From: Marsupella aquatica
Lineage: Eukaryota; Plantae; Marchantiophyta
Direction of reading: 5' to 3'
Length of the DNA: 64,000 nt
NCBI GenBank assembly: GCA_973895155.1
Contig: OZ316893.1
Location: 14,662,645 to 14,726,644, forward strand
In this document: positions 61,291 to 64,000 of the stretch, piece after piece
How positions within the stretch are numbered: position 1 is the first letter of the stretch
Layout: each line of letters opens with the position of its first letter
Notes under the pieces: model-generated
Database searches by the model: none
Told to the model about the DNA's origin: nothing
The model's input: the letters and a program-made list of their open reading frames with translations, nothing else
Position numbers and translations under genes: made by a program

Positions 61291-62899
61291 CTTGAATTCA
61301 GGTACTGTAGTGTAGTTTCTCTGTGTGAATGGTATTGGTTAAAGCACCGCCACTAAAGCAAACAAGGAGCGGTTGCCAGACGTCGTGTGCAGAACTCCCA
61401 GTTTTAGTGGGAGTGGTAGATAGCACTTTAAATCCAAAAAGGAAGGAAAAAGTACTTTGGATCATTAGCCGGTATTTCTGTTTACGAGTAAAATACAATG
61501 CTGGAATGTTCCTCAGAAATACGGCAATTTCCGGAGAAATTCCATCCGGCAAATCGGGGAATCTGTGAAAAGACATTAAACAATTCTGATCGTCGATTCA
61601 CATCCAACGGTTACATGGGATTTCGAGCAAATCATTTGATCCCAAAACAAGGCGGAACTACAGGGCCATGCTTTACCTCATTTTGTTGGTCCCAAAAGTT
61701 GGTATAGTAGGTACAATTACTTACTACTTTAAACAGTGCGGTCCATTGGAGTATAATTTTCACCAAATTTCAAACTAGAAAACAACATACCTTCGAACCA
61801 TAGAACAATCAACTCTATAATTCCGTTCCAATCAGTGTTTATTTTGTTGATACAAAGAAAATAAGGGGGCAAAATAGCCAAAATCTATCTGGTTATAGTA
61901 GGGTTTGTCACATTGTCAACTACCCTTAGAATGTTAATCAAGGACAATGTTTCAATCAGGTTGTGAACTGTTGATTTCTGACAGACTAGTGCATTTATTT
62001 GGACAACTTAGGGATCTTTGTTCAATATTGGATTTTCCCTGATTTCTTATCTATTATATATTTTTGAGATCATTTGCTCCATTTCTAACAAGCACCAATA
62101 TGATCAAAAGTTCTAAACCAACTATCAACGAACATTCACTTTTGTGAACTACTCTTTGAGTAGGTTGTGGACATGAGTGAACTTCCACTTTTTTTCTTTT
62201 TCTTTTTGGTTTTTGGGGAAAGGGGGCGAGACCCCAGAAACAACTTTGGGGTTCGGTTTGATTAGGTTTTTTTTTTTGCCTGTGAATAAAGTGAACTTAC
62301 ACTTTTGGCAAGTATGCTTCAGTTTTGTGAAGAATGTGTCACGTAATTTGGGCATGAGGAGCAACTTATCATTGGGAACTGCATAAAACTGGCAGCAAAC
62401 AACAGGAGCCCATTTTCAGGTCAGATTTAAGTCCAAACCAAAAGAGCTGCTGCTGGAAGCTAATTAGATGCTTGAGCCACTATATCCAAGTTTTCAAAAT
62501 CCATCCGGTCTTCAGAGTAAACCCCTCTGTGCCTCCAGACCTTATTTCACTTTCCTCAAGATCAGGAAAAATTTAACCATAATTTCAGTTCTAGTAATAT
62601 TTACTAATAAACATTTGGTGAGTCCCATCCTATGTCCCTCCTTAGTCCTTGACGCCCTTTCTGATGTTTCTCTTATACTTTTGGGTGGACGGAGTAAAAT
62701 TTTAGTACAACTTTGGATAATGAATTATAAATTTCTCCTCAACTCTACGAAAAAATATGAAATCTCGTATTACAGTAGGTCTTTGAATGTATCTTTCAAT
62801 TGCAATAATAGCCTCTCAGACTTCGAGCTAAAGTACTCTTTTCTCGGGGTTACCAAACAACAAAAATACAAAAAAATAAATCCCGCATTCCATCATTCC

Positions 62900-63704
62900 C
62901 TGCCCTGCAAAAACTGCGGGGGGCGACCTCGCACGCCATCGACCACGGCATAGAAAACAGACGAGACCGAGCGAGCGGGGCGGAAGTGGGGTCGGTGCGG
63001 GCCGGCGGGGACTGATCGGCGACGGTCGATTCGGGGCCGCCGATGACAACAACAGCACCAGTAGGGAGTAGCTCCGAGTCCCCGAGTCGCCCGACGGCGA
63101 GTGGTTTGCCGTTCCGATCTCTCAGGAAGCTTTCACCGGCCTAGATGATTACTGGTACACGCCTCGTTGTTTCGTCTTTCGTGTTTCAGGCAGGCAGGCC
63201 GGCGGCCGGAAGGGGCACGGGGCAGGGAGCGGATCGAGTGAGTGAGAGGTCGAGCAATTCGATGGGCGAGAAGACACTGTTGATCGCTTGAGCGGAATTG
63301 AAGGTCGCCTCCCGGATTCGGAGGTGGAAGAAGAAGAAGAAGAGGAGGGCGTCGAGCAATTGAACGAGCAATTGAGTGGAGCGAGAGTGAGCACTGGAGC
63401 GGAATTGAATTTTGTTTCTCAGAGTCGGCGGAGGAGGAAGAAAGAAGAAGGAGAAGAAGAAGCAGCGGAGGGCGTCGAGCAATTCAGCGAGCAGTAAGTT
63501 GAATGAGCGAGAGGAAGGGCAGTTGAGCGGTGGAATTGGATGTTGCCTCTCGGAGTCGGAGGAGGCCGAAGGGGAGGACGGAATTGAATTGCAGGTTCGA
63601 TACGGAGGGGCAAAGGTAAGGGACTGTGGTGGTACGACGTTCCGTCGTTTGTTGCTGTCAATCTCGTCGTCAGCGTATGTCCTCCGAATTGGGGCTTTGG
63701 AGTT

Positions 63705-63743
<39 letters not shown>

Positions 63744-64000
63744 CGGTGTTGGTCGAAAGGTCGGTCGTTCCCAGCTTTCGCAAGGCCGTTTCGTTCCGCT
63801 CCCCGACGGGTCCTGTTCGTTTGCTGTTTGGGTTGTTTTTTTTGGTGTGCTCTCGTGCGGTGACATGCTGTGGCGGGTTGTCGAAGTGGCTGAGAGAGAG
63901 AGAGGGCAATTGAAGTTGATGGTGAGGGCGGTGTGTGATTTGCGCAGGGAATTAGGGGTAATTCTGAAAAGTTCCGTCTCGTTGTTGTTGTGGTGTTTGT
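62900..64000 (+). promoter_or_regulatory. CpG-rich promoter/5' UTR-like region of an adjacent gene, with (GA)n microsatellite at ~63707-63741
   Basis: Abrupt CpG enrichment, GA repeats, imperfect GTCGAGCAATT repeats; no convincing CDS inside the window. Confidence 0.5.

Noticed and set aside
63149-63913. 226-aa and neighbouring ORFs
   Set aside because: Low-complexity GA/CT microsatellite translations with no domain; more likely UTR/promoter.
1-64000. tRNA, rRNA or prokaryotic operons
   Set aside because: None recognised; gene structures have spliceosomal introns.

Overview
Intron-containing, transposon-dense land-plant DNA (plant CCCTAAA telomere motifs, Copia/Gypsy/L1 relics, an LRB/POB1-like BTB-BACK gene; a non-seed plant is my guess and is not proven). 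1-7185 is the right part of a CACTA/EnSpm element (CACTA-1: TnpD and TnpA-like genes, TIR ...TTTCTACTAGTG). It is inserted into a second, unusual CACTA (CACTA-2, 7186-19792, TIR ...TTTCTCCTAGTG). CACTA-2 is the main find. Besides a TnpD transposase and a divergent TnpA-like gene, it carries (i) an uninterrupted SET-domain lysine-methyltransferase exon lying between the transposase-associated-domain (TAD) exon and the transposase exons, so one first exon can apparently be spliced to either SET or TnpD; (ii) a decayed zinc-finger + P-element-like DDE transposase gene; and (iii) four non-coding clusters of a CpG-containing TTGCGA/TCGCAA motif in an otherwise CpG-depleted element. Together these suggest a transposon-encoded chromatin or anti-silencing system (inference). 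Downstream lie a Gypsy relic (integrase, long extra ORF, palindromic repeat arrays, two 8-bp-TSD MITEs), a deleted Copia, one intact 3-exon BTB/POZ-BACK host gene (35525-38310), L1 debris, Tc1/mariner MITEs, and a complete 8976-bp Mutator element (47743-56718, 9-bp TSD) with a convergent second gene and a perfect 41-bp inverted copy of its transposase core. All calls come from reading the sequence by eye; no database searches were run.
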